IMG/VR virus record: IMGVR_UViG_2791355504_000004
Coordinates: 1,527 to 65,526 of that record
Strand: one strand, 5' to 3'
Source: a virus
Lineage: Duplodnaviria; Caudoviricetes
Length of the DNA stretch: 64,000 nucleotides
Shown: positions 20,149-30,800 of the stretch, one piece after another
How the letters are laid out: each line of letters opens with the position of its first letter
Numbering within the stretch: position 1 is the first letter of the stretch
Position numbers and translations under genes: made by a program
Notes under the pieces: model-generated
Database searches by the model: none
Told to the model about the DNA's origin: nothing
Seen by the model: the letters and a program-made list of their open reading frames with translations, nothing else

Positions 20149-20964
20149 TTAACCTAAGAGCAGTTCTTTTGGATATTTAGGATCAAATTCATAAAGTAGA
20201 TCTAAAGGATGCTCATCGGTATTAAATCTTAAATGGCTAACCCAGGTTCTTAGCTCTTCATTATCTAAATCAAAGTCTGAATCTGGTGTAGGGTATGCAA
20301 ACTTTGCATCTTTAATAATCAAGGATGCATCTTCAGCAATTCTAATATCATCATAACTTTCCAAAGAAGGTCTTAAAAATCTGTTTGGAACATTGCGCTT
20401 TACTAAGTTCGCAAATTGCAATTCTGAAAATATCCATGGAGATGAAATATATTTATTTTCAGTCAATAAATTTTGTATATTGATAGAATTATCAGTACCA
20501 AGGAATAATAAGAGTTCGCAGCTATCAATCACGCGATGAAGAGCTGCATTCAAAATCATGAATACATTAGCTGTAGTATGGTTTCGTTTTTCGTAACTGT
20601 AAGTATGTGTTTGACTTTGATAGCAATATTTATCGTCAATTTTTCTTAATAAATCGTATGCGTTTGCCCATACACCAGAGTCTACAAAAACCTTTAATTT
20701 TGTATGGTATTCGATTTTTGCCGCAAGCTTAATTACATTTTCTTGATCAGCATGAGAATGGGATAAAAATATATCTGGTTTAACATTCGAAAATAGCTCA
20801 TTGTTGATTTTCTCAACATCAAAAACCTCATTTTCATTTAAAAGAAGGTTCTCTATATTAATTAAAATTTCATTATTTTTTGATTTGTATTCTTCTAAAG
20901 CTTTTGAAGGTAAAGGCCCATATAAAGAAAAATCAAAATTTTTAACATGAATAGCTTTGAACAT
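20149..20964 (-). CDS. TIR-domain protein
   Basis: DIFLSHSHAD, VFVDS, SSPWIFSE (catalytic Glu present). Confidence 0.88.
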   Translation of the reverse strand: MFKAIHVKNFDFSLYGPLPSKALEEYKSKNNEILINIENLLLNENEVFDVEKINNELFSNVKPDIFLSHSHADQENVIKLAAKIEYHTKLKVFVDSGVWANAYDLLRKIDDKYCYQSQTHTYSYEKRNHTTANVFMILNAALHRVIDSCELLLFLGTDNSINIQNLLTENKYISSPWIFSELQFANLVKRNVPNRFLRPSLESYDDIRIAEDASLIIKDAKFAYPTPDSDFDLDNEELRTWVSHLRFNTDEHPLDLLYEFDPKYPKELLLG

Positions 20965-21402
20965 TTATTTAACCCCTAAATAATATGCAGCCAGCGTGCA
21001 TAAAAATAATGAAACTTGAAAGTAGGAAAATGAGTATGTTTTAAAAAAAACCTCCAAAAATTTAGGACGATTTGCTTTTAATGTATGTTCATTGATCACT
21101 AGATCTGTTGTGAGAATGGAATTCTGGATTACAACTTGATTATAGATGTTTATAAATGTTTTTTCCTGGTATAAATAATAAGCATGAAAAGATGCTAGAA
21201 ATATCCACGGGAAAAAGAACATCCATAAACTTGGATTTTCAACATTCTCTGAGACTGAAAAAGCTAGTAAAGCTGACATTAAAGTAATATTTGCGGTCAT
21301 TAGAACTAACACGCTATTTGATAGTCGGCTGATAATCCCTTGTAGAAATCCCAAATAAGCAATTTTAAGTTCAGTGCTTTCAGAACTTGAATTGTTTGCC
21401 AT
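20965..21402 (-). CDS. Multi-pass membrane protein paired with TIR
   Basis: YLGFLQGIISRL...AYYLYQEKTF pattern, about 3 TM segments; stop abuts the TIR start. Confidence 0.8.
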   Translation of the reverse strand: MANNSSSESTELKIAYLGFLQGIISRLSNSVLVLMTANITLMSALLAFSVSENVENPSLWMFFFPWIFLASFHAYYLYQEKTFINIYNQVVIQNSILTTDLVINEHTLKANRPKFLEVFFKTYSFSYFQVSLFLCTLAAYYLGVK

Positions 21403-21527
21403 ATTGCTCCCCAAGTAAAAAAACATCTACTATATTGCATTTATTGGTTATAAATGCAATATAAGTCACTGATTTATTTTAATTGTGTATTTCAAAAAAA
21501 TTACGTATAAGCAAAAAATACCTACCC

Positions 21528-21541
21528 CCCTGTAAGGCTAA
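21528..21541 (+). promoter_or_regulatory. Late-promoter motif copy 2
   Basis: CCCTGTAAGGCTAA upstream of the scaffold gene. Confidence 0.75.
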
Positions 21542-21655
21542 CGCCATCATATCCAATTCCTAGACACTTGTCTCATGTTGAGCAATCAACAGCTAAACGC
21601 TAGATAACTCTAGCCATTCGCCTTTGCGGTCACAGCGATAAGTGATAGGACAGAC

Positions 21656-22699
21656 ATGGATATTACAGAGCAACAAAATGAGTTGATTGAAACGAATGGT
21701 GGTAAAGCATCACCTGAACTTGCAGCGCAGCTTTTAGAGCAAGCGTTAAATGGCGATACCGCAAATGCGGAAGAAGGTAGTCAGCCAGCAACTACCCAAG
21801 TTACAGAAGAAAATACCCCAAAAGTTGAAGGTCAAGACGATACGCAACAGCCAAATGATGCTCAAGCACAACAGCAACAACAGGTCGATGAAAGTCAGTT
21901 AAATGCTGAAAATGCAGTGATTTTGGCGAAAGATGGGAAACATACTATTCCTTATGGCAAGTTAGTGGAAGCACGAAACTCAAGTCAGGAATGGAAGCAA
22001 AAGTTTGATGAAGCCCAACAACAATTGGCGCAACTTCAAGCTGATGCGCAGGAACGTAAAGATAACGGTCAAGCTGCAACAGTACAAGATAACCAAGTGG
22101 ACATTGCCCAACAAGCGATTGAGCAAGGTGTAGACCCTGCAATCTTCGGTGATTTTGACGAAAAAGGCTTAGCCGATGGTATTCAGAAACTTGTTGATAT
22201 GCGTGTATCAGCAATGGTGCAACAGCAATTACAAACTGCTTTAGCTCCGTTGCAACAACAGCAGCAAGTGAGTGCAGAACAGGCACACTTTAACGAAATC
22301 TTTACAGCACATCCTGATGCGGAATCCATTGTTGAATCGAAAGAGTTCAATGACTGGAAAGAAGCTCAACCAAGTTTTCTCAAAAATGCGTATGAGACAG
22401 TTTTAAACCAAGGTTCTGCTACACAAGTTGTAGAGCTATTAGGACTGTACAAGTCAAACACCCAATCAAGTCAACAAGCTGCTCAACCTGCCGAAGATGC
22501 AGTCAAGGCAGTAGCGCAAAAAGCTGTGAGTCAGGCTCAAACACCACCACCGAACAGTCTTAGTGATTTGCCCGCTGGAAGTCCTGCTGGCGTTTCCCGT
22601 GATGAGCGTTTGGCAGCAATGTCGCCAATGCAACTTTCCGAGGAAATGCAGAATTGGACACCTGACCAGATCGAGCAATTTCTAAATCGACGTGTTTAA
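21656..22699 (+). CDS. Capsid scaffolding protein
   Basis: Acidic, Q-rich coiled coil between portal and capsid; AHPDA motif. Confidence 0.8.
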   Translation: MDITEQQNELIETNGGKASPELAAQLLEQALNGDTANAEEGSQPATTQVTEENTPKVEGQDDTQQPNDAQAQQQQQVDESQLNAENAVILAKDGKHTIPYGKLVEARNSSQEWKQKFDEAQQQLAQLQADAQERKDNGQAATVQDNQVDIAQQAIEQGVDPAIFGDFDEKGLADGIQKLVDMRVSAMVQQQLQTALAPLQQQQQVSAEQAHFNEIFTAHPDAESIVESKEFNDWKEAQPSFLKNAYETVLNQGSATQVVELLGLYKSNTQSSQQAAQPAEDAVKAVAQKAVSQAQTPPPNSLSDLPAGSPAGVSRDERLAAMSPMQLSEEMQNWTPDQIEQFLNRRV

Positions 22700-22725
22700 A
22701 CAAACGTGATGAGAGTATTTGAAAA

Positions 22726-24012
22726 ATGACTAAAACTAATGCCGCTTATGGTGACAAAACAAATATGGTGCAACAGGCCGTTGGCTTGTTTGCTACTCAC
22801 ATGCAGCGTAACGGTACGCTTAACCTGTTGGCAGGAAAAATGCCCAAAGGTGAAGCTGGTGCTGAAGCGACTTTACGTAAACAAACCACTCAGCACATGC
22901 CTATTGTTCGTGTTCAGGACTTAGGTAAGAGTAAAGGGGATGAGGTTACATTCCACTTGCTTAACCCTGTTGGTGCTTATCCGATCATGGGTTCAGCTTA
23001 TGCTGAAGGTCGTGGTACTGGTATGTCACTGAATGAAGATCGTCTACGTGTGAATCAAGCGCGTTTCCCAGTTGATTTGGGTAATGTGATGTCACAGATT
23101 CGTAGTCCTGCTGATCTTCGTCGTTTAGGCCGTCCAGTTGCACAAAATTTAATGGATCGCTATTGCGACCAGTCATTGATTGTTCATATGGCAGGTGCAC
23201 GTGGTTCTCACGACAACATTGAATGGGTTATTCCTAAAGACAGTCACCAGAATTTCAATGAAATCATGGTGAACCGTGTTAAGGCCCCAACCAAAAACCG
23301 TCATTATGTTGTAGATGGTGCAGGTGTACAGAGCGTTAAAGCAAATGCAGGTGAGCTAGATATTGCATCTACTGACTTATTCACCATGGATTCAGTTGAT
23401 TCCATGAAAACTGTGCTGGATCAAATCGCATTACCACCACCGATTTGTAAGTTTGAAGGTGATGTAGCAGCGGAAGATTCACCTTTACGCGTGTGGCTTG
23501 TATCACCTGCGCAGTACAACAAATTTGCTGCACAACCTGGTTTCCGTTCTTTCCAATCATCTGCATTTGCTCGTGCAAGTCAGGCGAAACAGCATCCGCT
23601 TTTCTTAGGTGATGTTGGTCTGTGGAATGGCTTCATCATTCGTAAGTTGCCACGCCCAATCCGTTTCTATGCAGGTGACGATATTAATTATTGTGCTGCT
23701 TATGACTCTGAAACTGAATCTAAAGTGAAAGTACCTGCAAGTTTCGGCGAACAATTTGCCGTTGACCGTTCAATTATCTTGGGTGGTCAGGCAATTGCAG
23801 AAGCATTTGCTGCAAGTGACAAGTCTGGTGTTCCGTTCTTCTGGTCCGAAAAAGATCTCGACCATGGCGATAAATGGGAACTTTTGATCGGTTCGATTCG
23901 TGGTACCTCAAAAATCCGTTTTGCCGTGAATACAGGTGAGCGTACTGAGTTTACCGACTATGGCGTAACCGTTGTTGATACCGCTGTGCCAATCATTGGT
24001 GCTAATCAGTAA
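22726..24012 (+). CDS. Major capsid protein (N4-gp56/DUF4043 type)
   Basis: DLGKSKGDEVTF, HPLFLG.VG.WNG, LGGQA motifs. Confidence 0.9.
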   Translation: MTKTNAAYGDKTNMVQQAVGLFATHMQRNGTLNLLAGKMPKGEAGAEATLRKQTTQHMPIVRVQDLGKSKGDEVTFHLLNPVGAYPIMGSAYAEGRGTGMSLNEDRLRVNQARFPVDLGNVMSQIRSPADLRRLGRPVAQNLMDRYCDQSLIVHMAGARGSHDNIEWVIPKDSHQNFNEIMVNRVKAPTKNRHYVVDGAGVQSVKANAGELDIASTDLFTMDSVDSMKTVLDQIALPPPICKFEGDVAAEDSPLRVWLVSPAQYNKFAAQPGFRSFQSSAFARASQAKQHPLFLGDVGLWNGFIIRKLPRPIRFYAGDDINYCAAYDSETESKVKVPASFGEQFAVDRSIILGGQAIAEAFAASDKSGVPFFWSEKDLDHGDKWELLIGSIRGTSKIRFAVNTGERTEFTDYGVTVVDTAVPIIGANQ

Positions 24013-24076
24013 TTGTTTTAGGTGTGTCCATTATTGGATTCACCTCATCTCATTCTCATGCATGGAGAGATTTAAA

Positions 24077-24553
24077 ATGGCGACAATTAAGAAGAAGCAA
24101 AGTCGTTATGGTCAATACGGTGGTTTTTCACCTTATGGCAACGTCACAGCTTTGATTTTTGCATTAGCAACAAATTCAACGGGTGCAGTAGTTGATTCAG
24201 ATACAACCGCACCAGTAGCCAGTGGTGATGTTATTGATTTAGGTGAATTGCCAGAAGGTATGCGTCTTGATGATGCCCAAATCCTGATTAAAACAGGTAT
24301 GACCGCAACGGTTAAGGGATCCCTAGGTTTTAAATATACCGATGGCATTAACAGTACGGCAGTTCCAGAAGATGCTGCTTATTTCATTAATGCTGGTGAT
24401 ATTGCAACAGCAGGTCGATTACGTGCAAATACAGGGAAATTGGTCACACTGCCAAAGCCTGCACGACTCATCTTAACAACAAGTACCGCAGCCAATGATA
24501 AAGCTAGTGACATTCAAGTAATTGTCAGTGGTGAATTGACTGGTCCTCGTTAA
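24077..24553 (+). CDS. Probable capsid decoration protein
   Basis: After capsid gene; GDVIDLGELPEGMR motif. Confidence 0.7.
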   Translation: MATIKKKQSRYGQYGGFSPYGNVTALIFALATNSTGAVVDSDTTAPVASGDVIDLGELPEGMRLDDAQILIKTGMTATVKGSLGFKYTDGINSTAVPEDAAYFINAGDIATAGRLRANTGKLVTLPKPARLILTTSTAANDKASDIQVIVSGELTGPR

Positions 24554-24621
24554 TGGTTTGATGGTGTGGATTTCGGGTTTTCACACCATCTTTTTTATTC
24601 TGAACTACTCACGGTGATGAA

Positions 24622-25512
24622 ATGAAATCGATTGCAATTGCGATGATGTGCCATGCGATTAATGCAGCATACTGCCAATCAATGGGTGATGACAGCCAAC
24701 CAACATGGGATGATGCCCCTGAAGCCCATAAGCAAAGTTTACTTGCTGGTGTTAAAATGCATCTCGCCAATCCTGATGCTACTCCTGAACAGTCTCATGA
24801 GTCTTGGTACAAAGTAAAAGAAGCTGAAGGTTGGAAGTATGGTGAAGTAAAAGACTTGGAGAAGAAGGAACACCCATGTTTTTTACCATACGCAGAATTG
24901 CCAGCAGAACAAAAGGCTAAGGATTATTTGTTCCGTACCACAGTACATTTGGTGAAAAATTTCCCTGATTCTGATGAATACCTTGCATTGAGCGCGGAAG
25001 TTGTCAATTTACGCCAAAAGGTAGAACAGCAAAAGTCAGTGGCAATTCGTACTGCTACTGTTACGCCTACGGAAAGTATCCAAAAAGCAGCTGGTGTAGC
25101 AATCCAGTATGTAGGGAATAAATCTTTGTACACGGACCACTTGTATAATTCTGCTTTAACCTTTGAACAAGGTCAGGTGCGTTCTATTCCAAGTGATTTA
25201 GCAACAAAGTTTTTAAAGCATCCTGAGTTTAAAGCTTATGAGGGTGAGCCTGAATCGACTTCAGGTGAAACTACTGAGCAAGTATCAGATGATACGTCTA
25301 GTATTCTCAATCGCTCTAAAGAAAAACAGCAGGAAGAAGTTGATAAAGAAAATCAAATCTTTGACGAAATTGAAACTGTCGGAAAAATGACGAAAGCTGG
25401 TCTGATCCAGTATGCTCAAGAAAAGTATGACCAGAAACTTAGCCCACAAAAAAATCTTGATGAACTGAAAGAATCAGTCACTCAATTGATTCATCGATTT
25501 GGAGTGGTGTAA
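24622..25512 (+). CDS. RyR-repeat-like domain phage protein
   Basis: HESW..K...GWKYG...K.HPC..PY..LP..QK.KD motif. Confidence 0.8.
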   Translation: MKSIAIAMMCHAINAAYCQSMGDDSQPTWDDAPEAHKQSLLAGVKMHLANPDATPEQSHESWYKVKEAEGWKYGEVKDLEKKEHPCFLPYAELPAEQKAKDYLFRTTVHLVKNFPDSDEYLALSAEVVNLRQKVEQQKSVAIRTATVTPTESIQKAAGVAIQYVGNKSLYTDHLYNSALTFEQGQVRSIPSDLATKFLKHPEFKAYEGEPESTSGETTEQVSDDTSSILNRSKEKQQEEVDKENQIFDEIETVGKMTKAGLIQYAQEKYDQKLSPQKNLDELKESVTQLIHRFGVV

Positions 25513-26186
25513 TGCAATTAAGCGACCTGATTAGCCGTTTTCGTACATTAGCCAACGATAAGGTAGAACCATACTTTATTGATGATGAAAGTGTCATTGA
25601 TTGGCTTAATGATGCAGTGAATGAAGCCTGTATACGTGGTCGCTTATTGCTAGAAAGTCATAATCCTGATGTATGTCATATTGATGTGACGACTGGTACA
25701 GCTAAATATCCACTACATGAATCATTGTATGAATTAAGCCGAATCTGGTTTGAACCAACAGATGGCAGTAGAGGCTCATACTTGGCTTTAATGTCTGCTG
25801 AGAATCTGGACCATCGATATAAGTGTGATAACTGGAAGATGATGCAGGGTGTACCTCAGTTTGCGATTCAGGATGATAATGGTATTCGGCTTGTACCAAT
25901 TCCATCAATTGAGGGTGAATTGCAATTAGAAGGCTATCGTATTCCTTTGACACCATTGCAAAATGATACAGATATTCCAGAGATCAATCAGATTCACCAT
26001 GTTCATTTGATACAGTGGGTTTTGCATCAAGCATTTAATGTGCCTGATGCTGAATTCTTTGACCCAAATCGGTCAGCATTGGCAGAACAAGCATTTACTG
26101 AATACTTTGGACCGCGACCAGATAGTGATTTACGTCGAACCACACGTGAAGATGTACCGCACAATGTAGTTCCTTTCATGCCATGA
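25512..26186 (+). CDS. Head-tail adaptor protein
   Basis: DWLNDAVNEAC and PEI...HH..L..W motifs; position. Confidence 0.75.
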   Translation: MQLSDLISRFRTLANDKVEPYFIDDESVIDWLNDAVNEACIRGRLLLESHNPDVCHIDVTTGTAKYPLHESLYELSRIWFEPTDGSRGSYLALMSAENLDHRYKCDNWKMMQGVPQFAIQDDNGIRLVPIPSIEGELQLEGYRIPLTPLQNDTDIPEINQIHHVHLIQWVLHQAFNVPDAEFFDPNRSALAEQAFTEYFGPRPDSDLRRTTREDVPHNVVPFMP

Positions 26187-26206
26187 CTTGCTTGTGACAT
26201 AAGCAC

Positions 26207-26220
26207 CCCTGTAAGGCTAA
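26207..26220 (+). promoter_or_regulatory. Late-promoter motif copy 3
   Basis: CCCTGTAAGGCTAA followed 20 nt later by CATAAT. Confidence 0.75.
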
Positions 26221-26279
26221 AGCTTTTCAGGGGTTTTTTACATAATGACCTTATTCAATTCATTTAATCATGCACAAAG

Positions 26280-26474
26280 ATGGGCAAATTAATTCTTGAT
26301 ATACGACAAGGTGATGTTCTGAATATTGGTGGTTCTCAAGTTCGCTTAATTGTGAAATCAGGAAAGTCATCTCGTTTAGAAATCACCGCATCAAATGAAA
26401 TCGAAGTATTACTTGAGCGCAAGAGTGCTCCCTTAATTTTGGAGCACAATACGGATGGCAAACACACTATATGA
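26280..26474 (+). CDS. CsrA-fold-like small protein
   Basis: LILDIRQGDVLNIGG...RLEITASNEIEV parallels the CsrA beta-strand pattern. Confidence 0.55.
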   Translation: MGKLILDIRQGDVLNIGGSQVRLIVKSGKSSRLEITASNEIEVLLERKSAPLILEHNTDGKHTI

Positions 26475-26862
26475 CTTTGCACGTCAGCGTTTCTTGGAAG
26501 CACAGCTTAACTGGATGACCGACACAATCAAGGTCATTCTGGTTGATACAGGTGCATATACACCACAAACATCAGTACATCAATATTTATCTGATATTCC
26601 AACATCAGCCCGTATTGCAGGTCCAGTAACGCTTACTGCCAAAGCAACCACTGGTGGTGCAGCAGATGCAGCAGATTGTACTTTCCCAACCGTTTCAGGT
26701 GCATCTATTGAAGCTATTGTAATTTATGCAGATACAGGTACGGAAAGTACCAGTCCTTTAATTGCTTATATTGATACTGCTACAGGTCTACCAATTACTC
26801 CAAATGGTGGAGACATCATCGTAACGTGGGATAACGGTACAAACAAAATATTCAAAGTTTAA
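26455..26862 (+). CDS. Virion structural (tail) protein
   Basis: DAADCTF...LIAYID..GLPITPNGGDI motif; position. Confidence 0.7.
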   Translation: MANTLYDFARQRFLEAQLNWMTDTIKVILVDTGAYTPQTSVHQYLSDIPTSARIAGPVTLTAKATTGGAADAADCTFPTVSGASIEAIVIYADTGTESTSPLIAYIDTATGLPITPNGGDIIVTWDNGTNKIFKV

Positions 26863-26877
26863 TTGATAAGGTGGGAT

Positions 26878-27192
26878 ATGGAGGATAACCAAAAACCACC
26901 TACACAATCTGTAGGTGTTGCAGGTTTTAAGGCTGATTTATATGCAAATGATCAAATTAAAATTCATTGGCATAACTTGATTGGCTTACCAAAATTTCAA
27001 ATGTATGCGACTCAGATGTCTGGAAATAGTTATGGCGATATTGGCAACGTTATGGAATGGATAATGGGCTATGTACAGGATCGTATTCAATCGTATGGAG
27101 AGCAAAATTTCTTTGATGAATATGTCAAATGGCATAGCGAAAAAGGATATTGGAACAATGAAGATGTTTATGGCGCTCTAATTAAGCAATGA
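26878..27192 (+). CDS. Phage hypothetical protein
   Basis: AAGGTGG RBS; inside tail operon. Confidence 0.65.
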   Translation: MEDNQKPPTQSVGVAGFKADLYANDQIKIHWHNLIGLPKFQMYATQMSGNSYGDIGNVMEWIMGYVQDRIQSYGEQNFFDEYVKWHSEKGYWNNEDVYGALIKQ

Positions 27193-27202
27193 GGACAGTA
27201 AA

Positions 27203-27853
27203 ATGGAAATATTACCTTTTAAATATTACAGGCTTTATATAACAAAAAACGCAAATGGTAATAATGGTTATTTTTCCATGAATACTTTCAGTATGTATGA
27301 GGCAAATGAAAGTACTACTGACCTATGTATAGGTGCAACTGCAACCGCAAGTTCTGAAATAAATTCGACCAATAATGCACCTAAGGCAATTGATAATAAT
27401 GCATCGACGTACTGGGAAACAGCATCAACTTCTGGTGATAAATGGTTCAAAGTTGAGCTACCTACTGCGAGAAAAGTCCGGAAATTAATAATTACTGCGA
27501 CCACTTACCAGGGGGAAATGCCGAGTGCATTTATTTTTCAGGGATCGAATGACAATGTAAATTGGGTAAATCTTAAGACAGTAAACAAAGGAACTTTTAG
27601 TTCACCTACTTCTTACACCGAGTTGTTAAGCACAGTTGTTGGAGGTAAAAGTGTTCTGGATAGTGGTGATCCTAGTTTAAAAGTGATTCTTTTCAATTGG
27701 CAGACCATGCAATACATCATTCATACAACACCTAATGCATCGGGTGACTGGTTTATATATTTGAATGATACAAGTGATGTATTAATTACACACATAGGGC
27801 CAGCTGGATATCAGCCAATAAGTGATGGACCCGTTACACCAATGGTGTATTAA
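27203..27853 (+). CDS. Discoidin/F5-8 type C domain protein, candidate receptor-binding protein
   Basis: ATASSE...KAID...YW, W.KVEL, FQGSND..NW motifs. Confidence 0.8.
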   Translation: MEILPFKYYRLYITKNANGNNGYFSMNTFSMYEANESTTDLCIGATATASSEINSTNNAPKAIDNNASTYWETASTSGDKWFKVELPTARKVRKLIITATTYQGEMPSAFIFQGSNDNVNWVNLKTVNKGTFSSPTSYTELLSTVVGGKSVLDSGDPSLKVILFNWQTMQYIIHTTPNASGDWFIYLNDTSDVLITHIGPAGYQPISDGPVTPMVY

Positions 27854-30800
27854 TGCCATTTTATGCACCACCATTATACGATAACGTAAATGTACGTTTA
27901 GAAGGAGGTTATATACCTCCCAGTGCTGTAGGTGGTGAAAAAACTCTTTCCCCTATTGGGCGATATGACTATAAGCCCTCACATTACAATAATGTTAATG
28001 CCTATTTAACCTCAGGATATATTCTTCCTAACCCAGTTGGGCAATCTAAAAGCCTATCTCGTACAGAGCACAGTGGTGCTTTGCCACAAACGATTTCTGT
28101 AATTGGTACTGAACACGCTGAAATAGGTCTCAATCGTGTCGATTTAAAGATATCGTACGTACTGCCAAATGGAGTGGAATACACTTCCATTGGTAATTTA
28201 CATATTAGAAATGCTGTAGAGAAAATATATGTAAATCATGATTACATCCCAAAAGCTGACATGCAGGTTAATCTTTCTGGTAATTATCAGATTAGTACTT
28301 CTGCTGTATTGAATCGACGTGGGAACTACGGTTTTTTTGGCTTTTCTTCAATTAACAACGTTAATAAAGAAGTTATCAGTGTCGGTATAAAGCAGTCAGA
28401 GTTTGGGTTATCAACGGTAATTCTTGCAAAAAGAACAATATCTGTATCTGGGTTTTTAACATCTCTGTTTGGCACTCCTTTAGTCAAAGATACATCTATT
28501 CACCCATTTGGTATAAATTCTTTAATTTTCAGCAATTTAATAATTTATAATTTACGCCAATATGTAAAAAATAATAGTTTTAACTCAACAGTATTTGGCT
28601 CAGCTTATGTTCAAGGTGGAGTTAAATTTGTCGTACCCAATGGACTTTTTGGAACTGTATGGGGTGCAAATAAAGTTATCAATACACGTGCAACTCAATA
28701 TGTGGTTGCTGAAGGTATTTCTAGCTTTACAGTTCCAAATCCTATTGTTTCTCCTAGATTTATCATAACGTCAGGAATTATTGGTACTATTTTTGGAGTT
28801 CCTTTTGTTCAAAGGAATCCAAGTCCTAAAGGCTTTATAAATACCAAGTATGGTATAGCATGGATTTCTCATAGCCCTCGCTACATTATGGCAAAGGCTG
28901 TTGAGTCATATATATCAGGCTACCCCAAAGTCTTTGATCCAACCCAAAATATATATGTCTCAGGCGTAAATACAATTATCACTGGTGGTGTTTTTGGTGA
29001 TATTGCCATCCGTAACCATCGAAGGGTTTTGAAAGTAAGTGGTTTTGATTCATATCAATTTGGTGATTGGTCTGTAGTTGAAAGTAATTTAAGGAACATT
29101 CATCAAAAAGGGGTTAATGCTCAAATATTTGGTGACAATGCGATACGGAATAAAACACCATCTATCATACCAATTGGAATCTCCTCATTTTCTGGAATAA
29201 ATTCTTCCATTGGCTATCGCATTCGTAATGTTAAGCCAAGTGGCTTGTATCAACCAAAATTTGGTATTCCAACTTTTACCAAGCCTCCAGAATTAAAACC
29301 TATTAGCATTTATTCAAGTGCTTTTGGTACATCATGGATTTCTCACAAGAATCGTATTGTTAGTGCTGGTTTTGGGAGTGAGTCTTTAATTTTTGGAGGG
29401 ATCAATGTCTGGCACTATACAAGGTATTTAAAGCTCAATGGAGTTATCAAGGATGAATACGGCATACCTCGTATAGAGCATGGTCGTAGAACATTACTTG
29501 TTAAAGGTTCCTTACATTCAGCATATGGGAATATTGTATGGCTTTCATATGCGGTACGTTCAATCGTCCCACCATCCATTGATTATCCAAAAATACCTAA
29601 CCATCGTGTAGGTGGAACACAACATGTTCATCTGAATGGGTACGTCGCAACATTATTTGGTAACCGTATAATCCCTGATTCCCATACAATTTATATGCAA
29701 GGATTCTCAAATGTCTTTGGTCTTGCCGATGTTAATTTATGGAAAAAATACATTAAACCAAATGGTTTCTTAACAATAGGGCAAGATGCAGGACATCGTT
29801 TTGGTACAGCTAAGTTTTGGAATTTAAGACAATACATTATTCAATTTTATGATGGTAATAGTGGATTAGTACCGCCTCTATGGACAGGTTGGACTAATAT
29901 AAATAACCGAAATAAATCAATTGGTGCAATAGGTGGTAATTTTACACGTATAGCTGAACCTACTATTGAGAATAAGGCACGACCGATATTGCCATCTGGT
30001 TTTGATTCATCATCAATCATCAGTAAATCAATGATTGCAGATCGGGTAAGAAATTTAAAATTACAAGGTATTGATACACCTTATATCAGTAGTTGGTCAG
30101 TAATATTTAACGCTGCAGCAGTATTAGCATCAAAGGGATTCAACTCACAGTCATTCGGCATAGCAAGTATTATTAATACTCGAAGATATTTTAATCGTAT
30201 TGGTAATTTTGAGAGTCTTGAAGTGGGTAAGCCAATGGTTGCTGATCGGATCAGAACCTTAAAGTTTGAGCAAAGATATACAATTTCCCCACCTTATATA
30301 CCAATTCATCGCATTGATTTGCATACTCGATATATAGATGAAGTTGGGCGTTTTGATAATCATCAAGCATTTGGTAATCCATCTTTGAGTATTCATTGGA
30401 ATATGATTACTCCACGTTGGACATTGAGAGACGCTTATGGCACACCAGTAGTCAAAAATATAACTCCTGAGTTGGGTACACGAGGTCGCAACAGCGAAGA
30501 ATTTGGTCAGACTAATATTCGTACACAATGGCGTGAGCTATTACATTTAGGCAGTCAAACGGTTGCATGGGGTAGAACTGAGATAGCATTTAGGGATCGA
30601 CAATTCTCAGTGAGTGGGTTTACTCAATGGGCTATACCGAGACACACAGTAACTAAGACAGGGGTTCCTCCTTACTACCCACAATATATATGGCTAGATG
30701 AAGTCGAGATTGATGGTAAGCAAAACAATGGGCATGGTATAGAGATACCAGAAAGGCAGGTTGCCTTTCCATCGGTTAAATCTAACGCAATATTCCCAAT

